A DNA stretch of 23,794 nucleotides from Planctomycetia bacterium (GTDB lineage: Bacteria; Planctomycetota; Planctomycetia; JALXBF01; JBGPMX01). The stretch lies in the NCBI GenBank assembly GCA_036758585.1, contig DAIOWH010000095.1, forward strand, positions 1 to 23,794, in the 5' to 3' direction. The notes beneath the pieces are model-generated. The model saw only the letters and a list, made by a program, of their open reading frames with translations, did no database searches and was not told where the DNA came from. The position numbers were made by a program, and so were the translations under genes. This document shows positions 9,022 through 17,270 of the stretch, one piece after another. How positions within the stretch are numbered: position 1 is the stretch's first letter; the number at the start of each line of letters is the position of its first letter.

Positions 9022-9774
9022 TCAAGCGCGGTCGGCCTCGCCGGTCCGCAACTCGCCGCGGCGGCGCGCCAGAAACTGTACGAATTCGGCGTGCTCGGGC
9101 GATTGTAGGCCCAGATTCAACGCGGTGAGCATTTGTGCGACATCGCCACGCAGCAACGCGATCGTGTCGAGCCAAAGGCCGGGGAATGAGACAGACCGAA
9201 CAATGCCCCGGTCATCGGCGGGCAGCGGCTGATACGTCCCGGCGACGCGCCGCAGCCAGCGGACCTCGCGCTCGGCGAGCAGCACAATGATGTATTCCAA
9301 AACTCCAGCCGAACGATATAGGTCTAGTTTCTGGTTCAGATCGTACGAACTGCTGGACAGCGCGATCTCCGCCAACAACTCCGGTGCGCCGTGGCCATAC
9401 TTGCCCTCCACGCGCGATTGACCGCCGCATTCCGGCAAGATTCGCAAGTGATCGTCCGGCTGCGGCGCATCCTGCAGCATGAGCCATGTGGTGTTGGTTC
9501 CGCCCTTGCACCCTGGTGTTTGTGCGACATAGACGGTTAGCCAGCCAGCGATGGGAAGGTCGGTCTCGCCGTGCTCGATACTCACCGGTGACGGCATGTA
9601 AACGATTCCTCCAATCAACTCGGCCTTGCGCACGTGCGGCATCGACTCGTAGCGGCGCAGAAACTCCCGCTGCGTCAGGCAGTCGCCGGCCACGAGCGGA
9701 GGAACGTCGGGCGATGACGATGCGGGAACGTGCGGCGAGCGCGAGGGCAACAGGATTTCGGCGCCGACGCTCAT
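9022..9774 (-). CDS. Uma2-family (DUF820, PF05685) putative restriction-endonuclease-like protein
   Basis: LTQREFLRRYESMPHVRKAELIGGIVYMPSPVSIEHGE is characteristic of Uma2. It lies 15 nt upstream of the DAACS gene on the same strand. The N-terminal ~30 aa may be an over-extension. Confidence 0.7.
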   Translation of the reverse strand: MSVGAEILLPSRSPHVPASSSPDVPPLVAGDCLTQREFLRRYESMPHVRKAELIGGIVYMPSPVSIEHGETDLPIAGWLTVYVAQTPGCKGGTNTTWLMLQDAPQPDDHLRILPECGGQSRVEGKYGHGAPELLAEIALSSSSYDLNQKLDLYRSAGVLEYIIVLLAEREVRWLRRVAGTYQPLPADDRGIVRSVSFPGLWLDTIALLRGDVAQMLTALNLGLQSPEHAEFVQFLARRRGELRTGEADRA

Positions 9775-9854
9775 CGGTCAATCTCCGGATAGTACTCGGA
9801 CCAGCCCCATCATAACCGACAACGGCAATTCGTGCCGGCGGGCCACAGGTCGGT

Positions 9855-10424
9855 TCACTTCTTATCCGACGCCTTGCCCATATACTCGTGCGTCTCGGTG
9901 TCGATCTTCACGACCTCGCCGGTCTTCACGAACATCGGCACCTTGATCATCAGGCCGCACGCCAGCTTCGCGTCCTTGCCGACGCTCGCCCCTTTGCCCG
10001 CGGCCGACGGGTCGGCGGTTTCAACGACCTCGTCGGTGAAGTTTGGGGGAAACGTGATGTTCGCGACCTGGCCGTCGACAAACCGAATGCCGAACTCGGC
10101 GTTCTCCTTGCACAGCCACTTGCCGCCGCCCACGACTTCCTCGCTGATTGTCACCTGATCGAACGTCTCCATGTCCATGAAGACGAAGCCCGATTTGTCT
10201 TGATACAGAAACTGGTGCGGTTTCGTCTTGACTTCCGGTTGGTCGAACTGGTCGGCCTCATCAAACCCCTTCTCGACGACGCGGCCGGTGTTCATGTTTC
10301 TCAGCTTCGTCACGAGCACGGGCTTGCGCTGGGCCGTCTTGTGAATGTGGTAATCCTCGACGGTCCAGTTGGCACCCTCGAACCGAATGACGACGCCCTT
10401 CTTGAATTGCCCCGCGTTGATCAT
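9855..10424 (-). CDS. efp: Translation elongation factor P
   Basis: 189 aa from the Met at 10424, with AAGGAAG 8 nt upstream. KOW/OB domain architecture. The KLRNMNTG, VVEKGF and FPPNFTDEVVETADP blocks align to EF-P. The longer tracked ORF N-terminus was rejected. Confidence 0.9.
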   Translation of the reverse strand: MINAGQFKKGVVIRFEGANWTVEDYHIHKTAQRKPVLVTKLRNMNTGRVVEKGFDEADQFDQPEVKTKPHQFLYQDKSGFVFMDMETFDQVTISEEVVGGGKWLCKENAEFGIRFVDGQVANITFPPNFTDEVVETADPSAAGKGASVGKDAKLACGLMIKVPMFVKTGEVVKIDTETHEYMGKASDKK

Positions 10425-10560
10425 GGCGTTCGCTTCCTTGTGCATTGGCGCTGTCGTTGTACACTGCGGATTGTACCAGTCGCTGCTGGGACGGGGGAGC
10501 AAGGATTTGTCGGCGAGTAGGCTGGGGGGTGTGCGACGCACTTTGCGCAGACGTGCGCCC

Positions 10561-10587
10561 GTAGGCTGGGTGCGGCACCCAGCCTAC
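10561..10587. repeat. 27-nt palindromic element 'gtaggctgggtgcggcacccagcctac' (12-bp perfect stem, 3-nt loop), single copy with a degenerate partial copy at 10511-10535
   Basis: Read directly. Identical to the unit repeated 3x at 13829-13943. It lies in the divergent efp/MFS promoter region. Confidence 0.6.
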
Positions 10588-10709
10588 CCGCTACCTGCGT
10601 TGTCCAGCGGGCGACGGCGGGCCTGTTCTGTTACACTGTCGCGGCCCCGTTGGCCCCACGAACTCCACGCCGCGTGTCAACCTGCCTGAACTGAAACACG
10701 AGACGAAAC

Positions 10710-12359
10710 ATGAATCACGAACTTGAACTTGCGTCGGCCCTCCCTGCCGAGGCCGCAGCCCGGCGCGAAGCCACCGGTCGCTGGCTGGCGCTCGCCGCCG
10801 CCCTGTTGGGCTGGATGTTCGATGGGGCCGAGATGGGCGTCTTCTCGCTGGTCGGCCGGCCGGCGGTGAAGGACCTGCTGCGCGGCGCCGACGAGGGCCA
10901 GGTCGGCCTGTGGTTCAACGTGATCATGGCCGGGTTCCTGGTCGGTGCGGCGACCGGCGGAGTCGTGTTCGGTTGGCTGGGCGACCGGATCGGCCGCGTG
11001 CGGGCGATGACGCTGAGCGTGCTGGTCTACGCCGTGTTCACCGGGCTGTGCGGCGTCGCGGCCACCGCGTGGCAGGTCGGCGTGCTGCGGTTCATTGCCG
11101 CGCTCGGCATGGGCGGCGAGTGGTCGCTGGGCGTGGCTCTGGTGATGGAGGTGTGGCCGAACCGGTCGCGTGCGTTCATGGCGGGCCTGATCGGCGCAGC
11201 GGCCAACGTAGGTTATTTGGGCGTCGGCGTGGTCGGACTTGGGCTGATTGAAGTCCTGTCGAGCTTCGAGGTCTGGCTGCGCGGCACGGGGCTGCGCGAT
11301 GAGTGGGTCGCGTCGCTCGTCGCCAACAGCGGCTGGCGACTAATGATGCTGCTCGGCACGCTCCCGGCACTGCTGACATTTTTCATTCGCATCTTCGTGC
11401 CGGAGTCCGAAAAGTGGCAACACGAACAACGGCGCGGCGTCACGTCGAGTTGGGCGACTCGCGACCTGACCGCCGTGCTCGTGGGCGTGGCCGGCCCCGC
11501 GCTGATCGTCTATGCCTGGGCCTGGGACGGCCCGGCGTGGCTGCCGCATTCGCTCGGTGTGCGACTCGCGGCGACGCTTGTCGGCCTCGTCATCGCCACG
11601 GCGGGCTACACCTACCCGGTGATCCGGTTCTTCCAGCGCCAGGCCCAAACTGAGCCGGGCATCGAGGCGGGCCCGACGCTGCGCCGCATGCTGCTGGGCG
11701 CGTGCCTGAGCGGCGTCGCGCTGTTGGGCACGTGGGGTTCGACGCAGCAGGCCCCGTCGTGGGCCGACAAGATGACCGAGGCGGAATTCAACGCACACCA
11801 GAGCCGCGTCGCCAAGACACAGGGTCCCGACGCCGCGGCCAAGCTGGTCCGGCCAAAGCTCAAGGCCAAAGAGTACACACTGATCTGGCTTTCGATCGGC
11901 GCGATCATCGGTACGATCGGGGCCGCTCTGGCCGGCGATTGGTTGGGCCGTCGACCGGCGTATTTCGTGTTATGTCTCGCGTCCCTCGGAACGACGTGGC
12001 TGCTGTTCCTGACCAATGATAGTTACGGACCGAAGTTCCTGATCATGGCGTTCATTGCGGGCGTGTTCACGGCGTCGTTTTACGGCTGGCTGCCACTGTA
12101 CCTGCCCGAGCTGTTTCGCACGAGCGTTCGCGCGACCGGCCAGGGTTTCGGGTTCAACTTCGGCCGCATCCTGGCGGCGATCGGCGTGCTGCAGGTCGGC
12201 AACCTGCTGAAGGTGCTCGACACCGACGTCAAACTCGGTCCGCTCACCATCGCGCATGGACACCCGCTCGCCTGCTCGGCGATCTGCCTCGTCTACCTGC
12301 TCGGCATGGTGCTGATCTGGTTCTGCCCAGAAACGAAAGGTAAGCCGCTGCCGGAGTAG
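10710..12359 (+). CDS. MFS transporter
   Basis: 549 aa, about 12-14 TM segments. It has the MFS signature GWLGDRIGR after TM2 and a long central loop. The tracked ORF was used as given. Confidence 0.8.
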   Translation: MNHELELASALPAEAAARREATGRWLALAAALLGWMFDGAEMGVFSLVGRPAVKDLLRGADEGQVGLWFNVIMAGFLVGAATGGVVFGWLGDRIGRVRAMTLSVLVYAVFTGLCGVAATAWQVGVLRFIAALGMGGEWSLGVALVMEVWPNRSRAFMAGLIGAAANVGYLGVGVVGLGLIEVLSSFEVWLRGTGLRDEWVASLVANSGWRLMMLLGTLPALLTFFIRIFVPESEKWQHEQRRGVTSSWATRDLTAVLVGVAGPALIVYAWAWDGPAWLPHSLGVRLAATLVGLVIATAGYTYPVIRFFQRQAQTEPGIEAGPTLRRMLLGACLSGVALLGTWGSTQQAPSWADKMTEAEFNAHQSRVAKTQGPDAAAKLVRPKLKAKEYTLIWLSIGAIIGTIGAALAGDWLGRRPAYFVLCLASLGTTWLLFLTNDSYGPKFLIMAFIAGVFTASFYGWLPLYLPELFRTSVRATGQGFGFNFGRILAAIGVLQVGNLLKVLDTDVKLGPLTIAHGHPLACSAICLVYLLGMVLIWFCPETKGKPLPE

Positions 12360-12375
12360 AGTCTTACTCGGCAAC

Positions 12376-12396
12376 ATGCGCGCGCCGTGCGCGCAT
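12376..12396 (+). terminator. Hairpin 'atgcgcgc-gccgt-gcgcgcat' just after the MFS stop, followed by further GC hairpins (12404-12460). Weak or putative terminator.
   Basis: Read directly: 8-bp stem followed by 'attcg'. Two related 'gacgctgg/ccagcgtc' hairpins follow. The T-tract is poor. Confidence 0.25.
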
Positions 12397-12495
12397 ATTC
12401 GTGGCCGACGCTGCCAGCGTCGGCACCGGACGCTGGCAGTGTCCGCCACGTTGGGTTGCGGGCGCAGCCAGCGTTAGGGTACGAAAGTTGAGAGT

Positions 12496-12876
12496 TTGAG
12501 CATGGACGAGTCTTTTCCAAGCAGTGTTATGTACGTCATGACGCCGTCCTTGACTGCCTTCCAGTTATGGGCGTTTCCACATGTCATTCTGATCCTGTTC
12601 CCCGTGCTGATCCTTCTGTGTCGCCTACGTCGTTGGCGATTCACGACTCGCGACCTACTCTTGTTCGTTCTCGTGTGCGCTCTGGTGTTCGGTATCACCG
12701 GCAGAGGAGTGGCCCAGGGCTGGCGTGCCCTGGGCGGCAGTAAGCTCGTGCTCTGGTGGTTCGATCACTCCGCACTGACGGGGTTTGGTGCATTGATCGT
12801 GTCCGCACTGGCTACAGCGTTGTGCTGGCGTTGCTCCGCCTGGTCGGCCGGTCAGTCCATCAAGGAGAGGAAGTAA
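12496..12876 (+). CDS. Hypothetical small membrane protein, lower-GC island
   Basis: 126-aa ORF with two or three hydrophobic segments (ILILFPVLILLC, LLLFVLVCALVFGI, FGALIVSALATAL). The local GC is visibly lower than the surroundings. No recognisable family. Confidence 0.4.
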   Translation: MSMDESFPSSVMYVMTPSLTAFQLWAFPHVILILFPVLILLCRLRRWRFTTRDLLLFVLVCALVFGITGRGVAQGWRALGGSKLVLWWFDHSALTGFGALIVSALATALCWRCSAWSAGQSIKERK

Positions 12877-12877
12877 C

Positions 12878-13081
12878 GTGACCTCAGAAACGCGGCGTGA
12901 GTTCATGGACGGCGTCGGCCGAAACGTGCTGGCCGCGAGTGTCGCGATCGAGTGCCTCGGCGCGCGGACTCGGGCGGCCGCGGCGCCGCCAGAGATGCTC
13001 GCCATCGACACGCACACGGAGAGTTTCTTCTGGCGCAACGCACAGGCCGCCTACAAGTGGCGGCCTCGAACGACCACGTGA
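12878..13081 (+). pseudogene. 67-aa TAT-signal fragment (RREFMDGVGRNVLAASVAIECLGA...IDTHTE), probably the N-terminal remnant of a periplasmic hydrolase
   Basis: GTG at 12878 with AGGAGAGG upstream. Twin-arginine motif and an 'IDTHT' metal-binding start typical of amidohydrolase/TatD-like folds. An early stop leaves too little sequence for a functional enzyme. Confidence 0.3.
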
Positions 13082-13102
13082 CATCACTGTTGTGAGGCCG
13101 CC

Positions 13103-13795
13103 ATGAATCGAATCGCATCCTGGCTTGTACTGCTTTCCTTCCTGACGGTAGAGACCGTGCCCGCTCAGGAGCCGGCCGCGTGGCATGCGACCGGCACGCG
13201 CGGAGCGGTGGCGGCCGGCGGCCAAGGCGCCGTCGATGCCGGCATCCGCGTGCTCAGGGAGGGCGGCAACGCGGCCGATGCGGCGGCTGCGACAATCCTC
13301 GCACTGGCGGTCACTGACGCCACGGCGTTCTGTTTTGGCGGCGAGGCGCCGATCCTGGTGTACGACGCGAAACGCAACGCCGTCGAGGTCGTCGCGGGGC
13401 AAGGCGCCGCACTTCGCCTGGCGACGCGCGATCATTTTGCACAAATGGAAGGCGGCATCCCCGCTCGCGGCGTCGAGCCGGCTGCCGTGCCCGCGACGCT
13501 CGACGCTGTCGTCGTGCTGCTCGATCGGTTCGGAACGAAGACGTTCTCCGAGGTAGCGGGGCCGATGCTGGAGTTGCTCGATCGCGGCGACAAGGACTGG
13601 CACCCGGACCTGGCGCGAACGATTCGCCGGCTCATCGACGCCGAGAAGGCGGCGATAGGCGATCGGCGGCGCGGCCTGCGGCTCGTGGCCGACTATTTCT
13701 ACCGTGGGCCGATCGCCCAGGAAATCGACGCCTGGTGCCGCGAAAACGGCGGACTGATCCGCTACGTGCGAATACGACAAGAATTGGGGCGGTGA
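13103..13795 (+). pseudogene. ggt: Gamma-glutamyltranspeptidase N-terminal fragment (signal peptide plus ~200 aa of PF01019), truncated
   Basis: AGGGGNAADAAAATILALAVTDATAFCFGGEAPILVYD matches the GGT N-terminal core. It ends at ...ENGGLIRYV, about 230 aa, whereas intact GGT is ~550-580 aa. The tandem repeat array begins immediately downstream and no GGT continuation is seen in any frame. Confidence 0.6.
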
Positions 13796-13828
13796 GAACC
13801 CGGTCCCGGACAGCTCCGGGCTCGGCGA

Positions 13829-13960
13829 GTAGGCTGGGTGCGGCACCCAGCCTACGGAAGACCCATTCAGAAGTAGGCTGGGTGCGGCACCCAGCCTACG
13901 GAAGACCCATTCAGAAGTAGGCTGGGTGCGGCACCCAGCCTACGGAAGACCCATTCAGAA
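13829..13960. repeat. Three tandem 44-bp units, each a 27-nt perfect palindrome 'gtaggctgggtgcggcacccagcctac' plus 'ggaagacccattcagaa' (REP/BIME-like)
   Basis: Read directly: units start at 13829, 13873 and 13917 and are identical. They are preceded by 'cggcgagtaggctgg', which is also found at 10511. Confidence 0.8.
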
Positions 13961-14133
13961 GTGCAAGGACAAGATGAATGGCAAATCGTTGTGGAGTGAC
14001 TGCTAAGAAGTCATCGGCGACGAGCAAAGTAATGGCGCAGATTCCCCTGCGCACGGCTGTTTGTTAGGATTACGCCCGATCGGAAAGTCTCGCGGAAGAC
14101 CCACGAAGCCAATACGCAAGGAGTTACGATTCG

Positions 14134-14579
14134 ATGAAAGTGCAAGACTGCGTTAACCTGAACCCGACGCGGATTCGCGCGGGCGCCACGATTCTGCAAG
14201 CGGCCGAGGTGCTCAGCACGTCGCAGGCGAGCGACTTGATGGTGGTCGACGACGACAACAACTTCGTGGGCGTTCTGTCCGAAGGCGATCTGATCCGAGC
14301 GGCACTGCCTCGTTTCGAGGAGGTGTTGGCCCAGGGCGAGGGGCTGTCGGCTGCTCGGGCGATCTTCGAGGAAAAGGGGAGCAACCTGGCGTCGAAGCCG
14401 ATCGCGCCGCACGTGATCAAGAACCCGATCACCGTCGCACCGGGCGACGATGTGCTGGTCGCGGCGACCACGAGATGATCCACAAGCAGATTCGGCGGCT
14501 GCCGGTGGTCCAGGGCGGCAAGCTGGTCGGCACGATCGCTCGGGCCGACGTGTGTCTGGGAGTGCTGCGGACGAGTTGA
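14134..14579 (+). pseudogene. CBS-pair domain protein interrupted by an apparent +1 frameshift near 14475 (ATGA overlap)
   Basis: The 14134-14478 ORF encodes CBS motif 1 and half of motif 2 (...VAPGDDVLVAATTR*). The remainder of the second CBS motif (MIHKQIRRLPVVQGGKLVGTIARADV...) continues in the +1 frame from ATG 14475 to the TGA at 14577-14579. This is either a true frameshift or pseudogene, or a sequencing indel. Confidence 0.55.
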
Positions 14580-14604
14580 TCGCTCGGAGTGTCGGCGTTG
14601 ATTT

Positions 14605-14640
14605 CGAGGCGGCCTGCCGTCACAATGCCGCCTCGTTTGC
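14605..14640 (+). terminator. Putative intrinsic terminator (9-bp stem cgaggcggc/gccgcctcg, 13-nt loop, then TTTGC)
   Basis: Read directly, downstream of the CBS gene. The U-tract is short, so this is weak. Confidence 0.3.
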
Positions 14641-14678
14641 TCGGTGACTGTGCCTTGGTCGATACCGTCGGAGTACGA

Positions 14679-15497
14679 ATGAACGTCAAACGACTCACGC
14701 TCGAAGAGATCGACGACCTGAAGCGACGCTGGACTGAGAAGTATGTCGAGGTGGACGCGAGCCGGCCGGAGCTGAAACGGTTCGCCGGTCGGGCCGGCCG
14801 TGTGATCACGGTGAACATGAGCGGCAAGGCGTTGGTGCAGTTCGACGATGCGGAAGGTTGCGGCTGGGGGCGCTACGACATCGGCCTGCCGTTCCTGACG
14901 CAGGTTGCCGCGCCCGCGCCGGCGGCGAAGAAGCACGAGGCGGCCGAGAAGCCAAAGGCGGAGGCTGCGGCGTCGAGCGGCGCCCCGACCGCGAAGAAGT
15001 CGCCCATCGAACTCATGAAGGAGAAGGCCGCAGCCAAGAAGGCCGCCGAAGCGGGCGCGCCCGCCGAGACGCTGCCGGCCGGGCCGGTCAAGAAATCACC
15101 CATCGAGTTGATGCGCGAAAAGGCCGCGGCAAAGGCGGCGAGTGAAGGCGCGCCGGCCGCCGAACCGGCGACGACGCCGACGGCCAAGAAGTCGCCGATC
15201 GAGTTGATGCGAGAGAAAGCTGCGGCGAAGGTGGCAGGTAGCGGCACGCCCGCCGCCGCTGAACCGGCGACCGCGCCGACCGCCAAGAAATCTCCGATCG
15301 AACTGATGCGCGAGAAAGCTGCGGCTAAGAAGGCCGCCGAGGCCGGTTCCACCGAACCCGCAGGGACCTCAGCCAGCCCACCCGATGCCTCCTCGTCGCC
15401 ACCGGCTGCGACACAAAAGGAAGGTGGACTCTCCAAGATCGAGATGATCCGACAAGCGGCAGCCAAGAAAAAGGCCGAGGAGCAGGGCAAGGCCTGA
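14679..15497 (+). CDS. Hypothetical protein with ~100-aa N-terminal domain and 4-5 tandem ~32-aa Ala/Lys/Pro-rich repeats containing 'KKSPIELMREKAAAK'
   Basis: Met at 14679 (MNVKRLTLEEIDDLKRRW) with GGAG 8 nt upstream. The repeat is visible at both protein and DNA level (period ~96-99 nt from ~14990 to 15340). Confidence 0.65.
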   Translation: MNVKRLTLEEIDDLKRRWTEKYVEVDASRPELKRFAGRAGRVITVNMSGKALVQFDDAEGCGWGRYDIGLPFLTQVAAPAPAAKKHEAAEKPKAEAAASSGAPTAKKSPIELMKEKAAAKKAAEAGAPAETLPAGPVKKSPIELMREKAAAKAASEGAPAAEPATTPTAKKSPIELMREKAAAKVAGSGTPAAAEPATAPTAKKSPIELMREKAAAKKAAEAGSTEPAGTSASPPDASSSPPAATQKEGGLSKIEMIRQAAAKKKAEEQGKA

Positions 15498-15589
15498 AAA
15501 TCGGTTCATTGTCGTGGGCGGCCTGCCAACATCACTGGGAACGGGCTGCCTGTTTTCGGGCGAGCGCACGCGGGCCGCGTGCGGCACAC

Positions 15590-16651
15590 TCAGAGCCCCA
15601 TCGTGGGGGCCTGCGTCAGATACATCACGCGGGGCACGCCGGCCCGAAGCAGCGACTGGAGATCGATCTCGATCTTCGAACTGCGGCCGGTCGCGCTGCC
15701 CAGCAAGAGTTCCAGGAAGTCGAGCGGCCGTTTGTATTCGATCACCTGTGCATCGCTAATCTTGGCCAAGCTCTTGGCGGCGTCGATCGCGTCCTCGATA
15801 TAGCCGATCTCATCCACCAGCCCGCTCGCCTTGGCCTCGCGCGATGTGTAGACGTCGCCGGTGGCGAGTTTCTTCACTTCGTCCGCCGTCATGCCTCGCC
15901 CCTCGCTGACGACCTCGATGAACCGCTCGAAGGCGTCGTCGATCACCACCTGCCAACGTTCGCGCTCGGCCGGCGTCATCTCGCGAAACGGCGATCCGGC
16001 GTCTTTGAACGGGCCGGTCTTGATCACTTCCATACGGACCTTGAAGTCCTCCATCAGCCCGGCCACGTTCGGGAAGCTGGCGATGACGCCGATCGAGCCG
16101 GTCATCGTGGTTCGTTCGGCGAAGATGCGGTTCGCGGGGGCCGAGACGTAGTAACCGCCCGATGCGGCCAGCCCCTGCATCGACACGACGATCGGTTTCG
16201 TCTCGCCCGGCCCGCGGCAAACCTGTTGCACCTTGCGGTGAATGTGGTCGCTCGAGAAGATCGTGCCGCCCGGCGAATCGACCTTGAGCACAATCGCCTT
16301 CACCGCGTCGTCCTCTTCGGCGGCCTTGAGCTGCCGAATCACATGACGTTCGGTGACGTCCATGATCATGTCTTCGACCGAGACGATCGCGACCTTGTTC
16401 GGCGAGTTCTCATCGCCGCTGTGAAACTCCTCTTCGAGCCAAACGTCGGTCGTGGCGATGGACACGCTGCTGGCCAGCAGGTAGAGGCCGCCGACCAGCA
16501 GAACCGCGAACACGCCGAGCACGGCGAACAGGATCATCAGCCCGCGCAGCAGTCCGCTGCCTCGCCGTGGCGGGGGCGCGGCGGCGTAGGTCGGGTGAGC
16601 GGGCGATAGCACTTGAGGCTGAGCGTACACTGGGTTGTTGGGCTCGTTCAT
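15590..16651 (-). CDS. sppA: Signal peptide peptidase SppA (S49 family, 36K type)
   Basis: N-terminal TM helix, VDSPGGT and the Ser-containing MQGLAASGGYY motif of S49 peptidases. Start chosen at ATG 16651 (AAGGA 8 nt upstream). The alternatives are TTG 16666 or ATG 16657. Confidence 0.8.
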   Translation of the reverse strand: MNEPNNPVYAQPQVLSPAHPTYAAAPPPRRGSGLLRGLMILFAVLGVFAVLLVGGLYLLASSVSIATTDVWLEEEFHSGDENSPNKVAIVSVEDMIMDVTERHVIRQLKAAEEDDAVKAIVLKVDSPGGTIFSSDHIHRKVQQVCRGPGETKPIVVSMQGLAASGGYYVSAPANRIFAERTTMTGSIGVIASFPNVAGLMEDFKVRMEVIKTGPFKDAGSPFREMTPAERERWQVVIDDAFERFIEVVSEGRGMTADEVKKLATGDVYTSREAKASGLVDEIGYIEDAIDAAKSLAKISDAQVIEYKRPLDFLELLLGSATGRSSKIEIDLQSLLRAGVPRVMYLTQAPTMGL

Positions 16652-16756
16652 GGTCATTCCTTGCAAAGCATCACAGGAGCGAGAACCGATTCCGCTTCGA
16701 CGGGTTCATTCTACTCGCGACCCTCGATCGAGACGTAGAGCAAGCGGTTCGATGTA

Positions 16757-17254
16757 TTACTGGCCGCCGTCGCGCGGTTCGGGCGTTGCGGTCACGACGG
16801 GCGTCCCGTAGGGCACGGGCGGGTCGTGCGGTCGCGCTGGTTCGATCGCGAAGATCAGCCATCGCCCTCGCTCGCGGCGCAGCCGGTACGCCTGAAGTTC
16901 CCATGGTCGTTTTTCGTAGACGCGGTCTACCAGCACATAGACCTCGTCCGGGCCGCGCGACTCGGTCTTGAGCAGGGCCTGGCCCTTGATTTCGGCGGCG
17001 GCCCGCCGCAGTTCGGCGCCGAACTCGCCACCGCGCCGAGACTCGACGTCGCGTCGCGCGGCGTCGCGCGGCTCGCCCGTCAGGCACGCGAGGTATGCAG
17101 CCACGTCGCCCTGCTGCATCGCCTGCAGCAGTTGGTCAAGCACGGCCTCGGGAGCGTCGGTCGACCCCGGCGCACGCATGATCGCCAGCGGCGCGATCGC
17201 ACCGATCAGCACCGCCGTCGCCGCTCCCGCCACCAACTTGGTCCTGCCAACCAT
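16757..17254 (-). CDS. Hypothetical exported/membrane-anchored protein (166 aa)
   Basis: ATG at 17254 with GAGGGA upstream. The N-terminal hydrophobic segment MVGRTKLVAGAATAVLIGAIAPLAI suggests a signal or anchor. It lies 17 nt downstream of the methyltransferase gene on the same strand. No family recognised. Confidence 0.5.
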   Translation of the reverse strand: MVGRTKLVAGAATAVLIGAIAPLAIMRAPGSTDAPEAVLDQLLQAMQQGDVAAYLACLTGEPRDAARRDVESRRGGEFGAELRRAAAEIKGQALLKTESRGPDEVYVLVDRVYEKRPWELQAYRLRRERGRWLIFAIEPARPHDPPVPYGTPVVTATPEPRDGGQ

Positions 17255-17270
17255 TCGCAGTCCCTCAATC

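Noticed and set aside
12878-13081. Treating the 67-aa TAT-signal ORF as an intact small gene
   Set aside because: A twin-arginine leader plus ~35 residues cannot form a folded exported enzyme. It is more parsimonious as a remnant, and is listed as a low-confidence pseudogene instead.
13829-13960. CRISPR array interpretation of the 44-bp tandem repeats
   Set aside because: The 17-nt 'spacers' are identical in all three units, and the repeat is a perfect palindrome with a 3-nt loop. This is a tandem REP-like repeat, not repeat-spacer architecture. No cas genes are present in the window.
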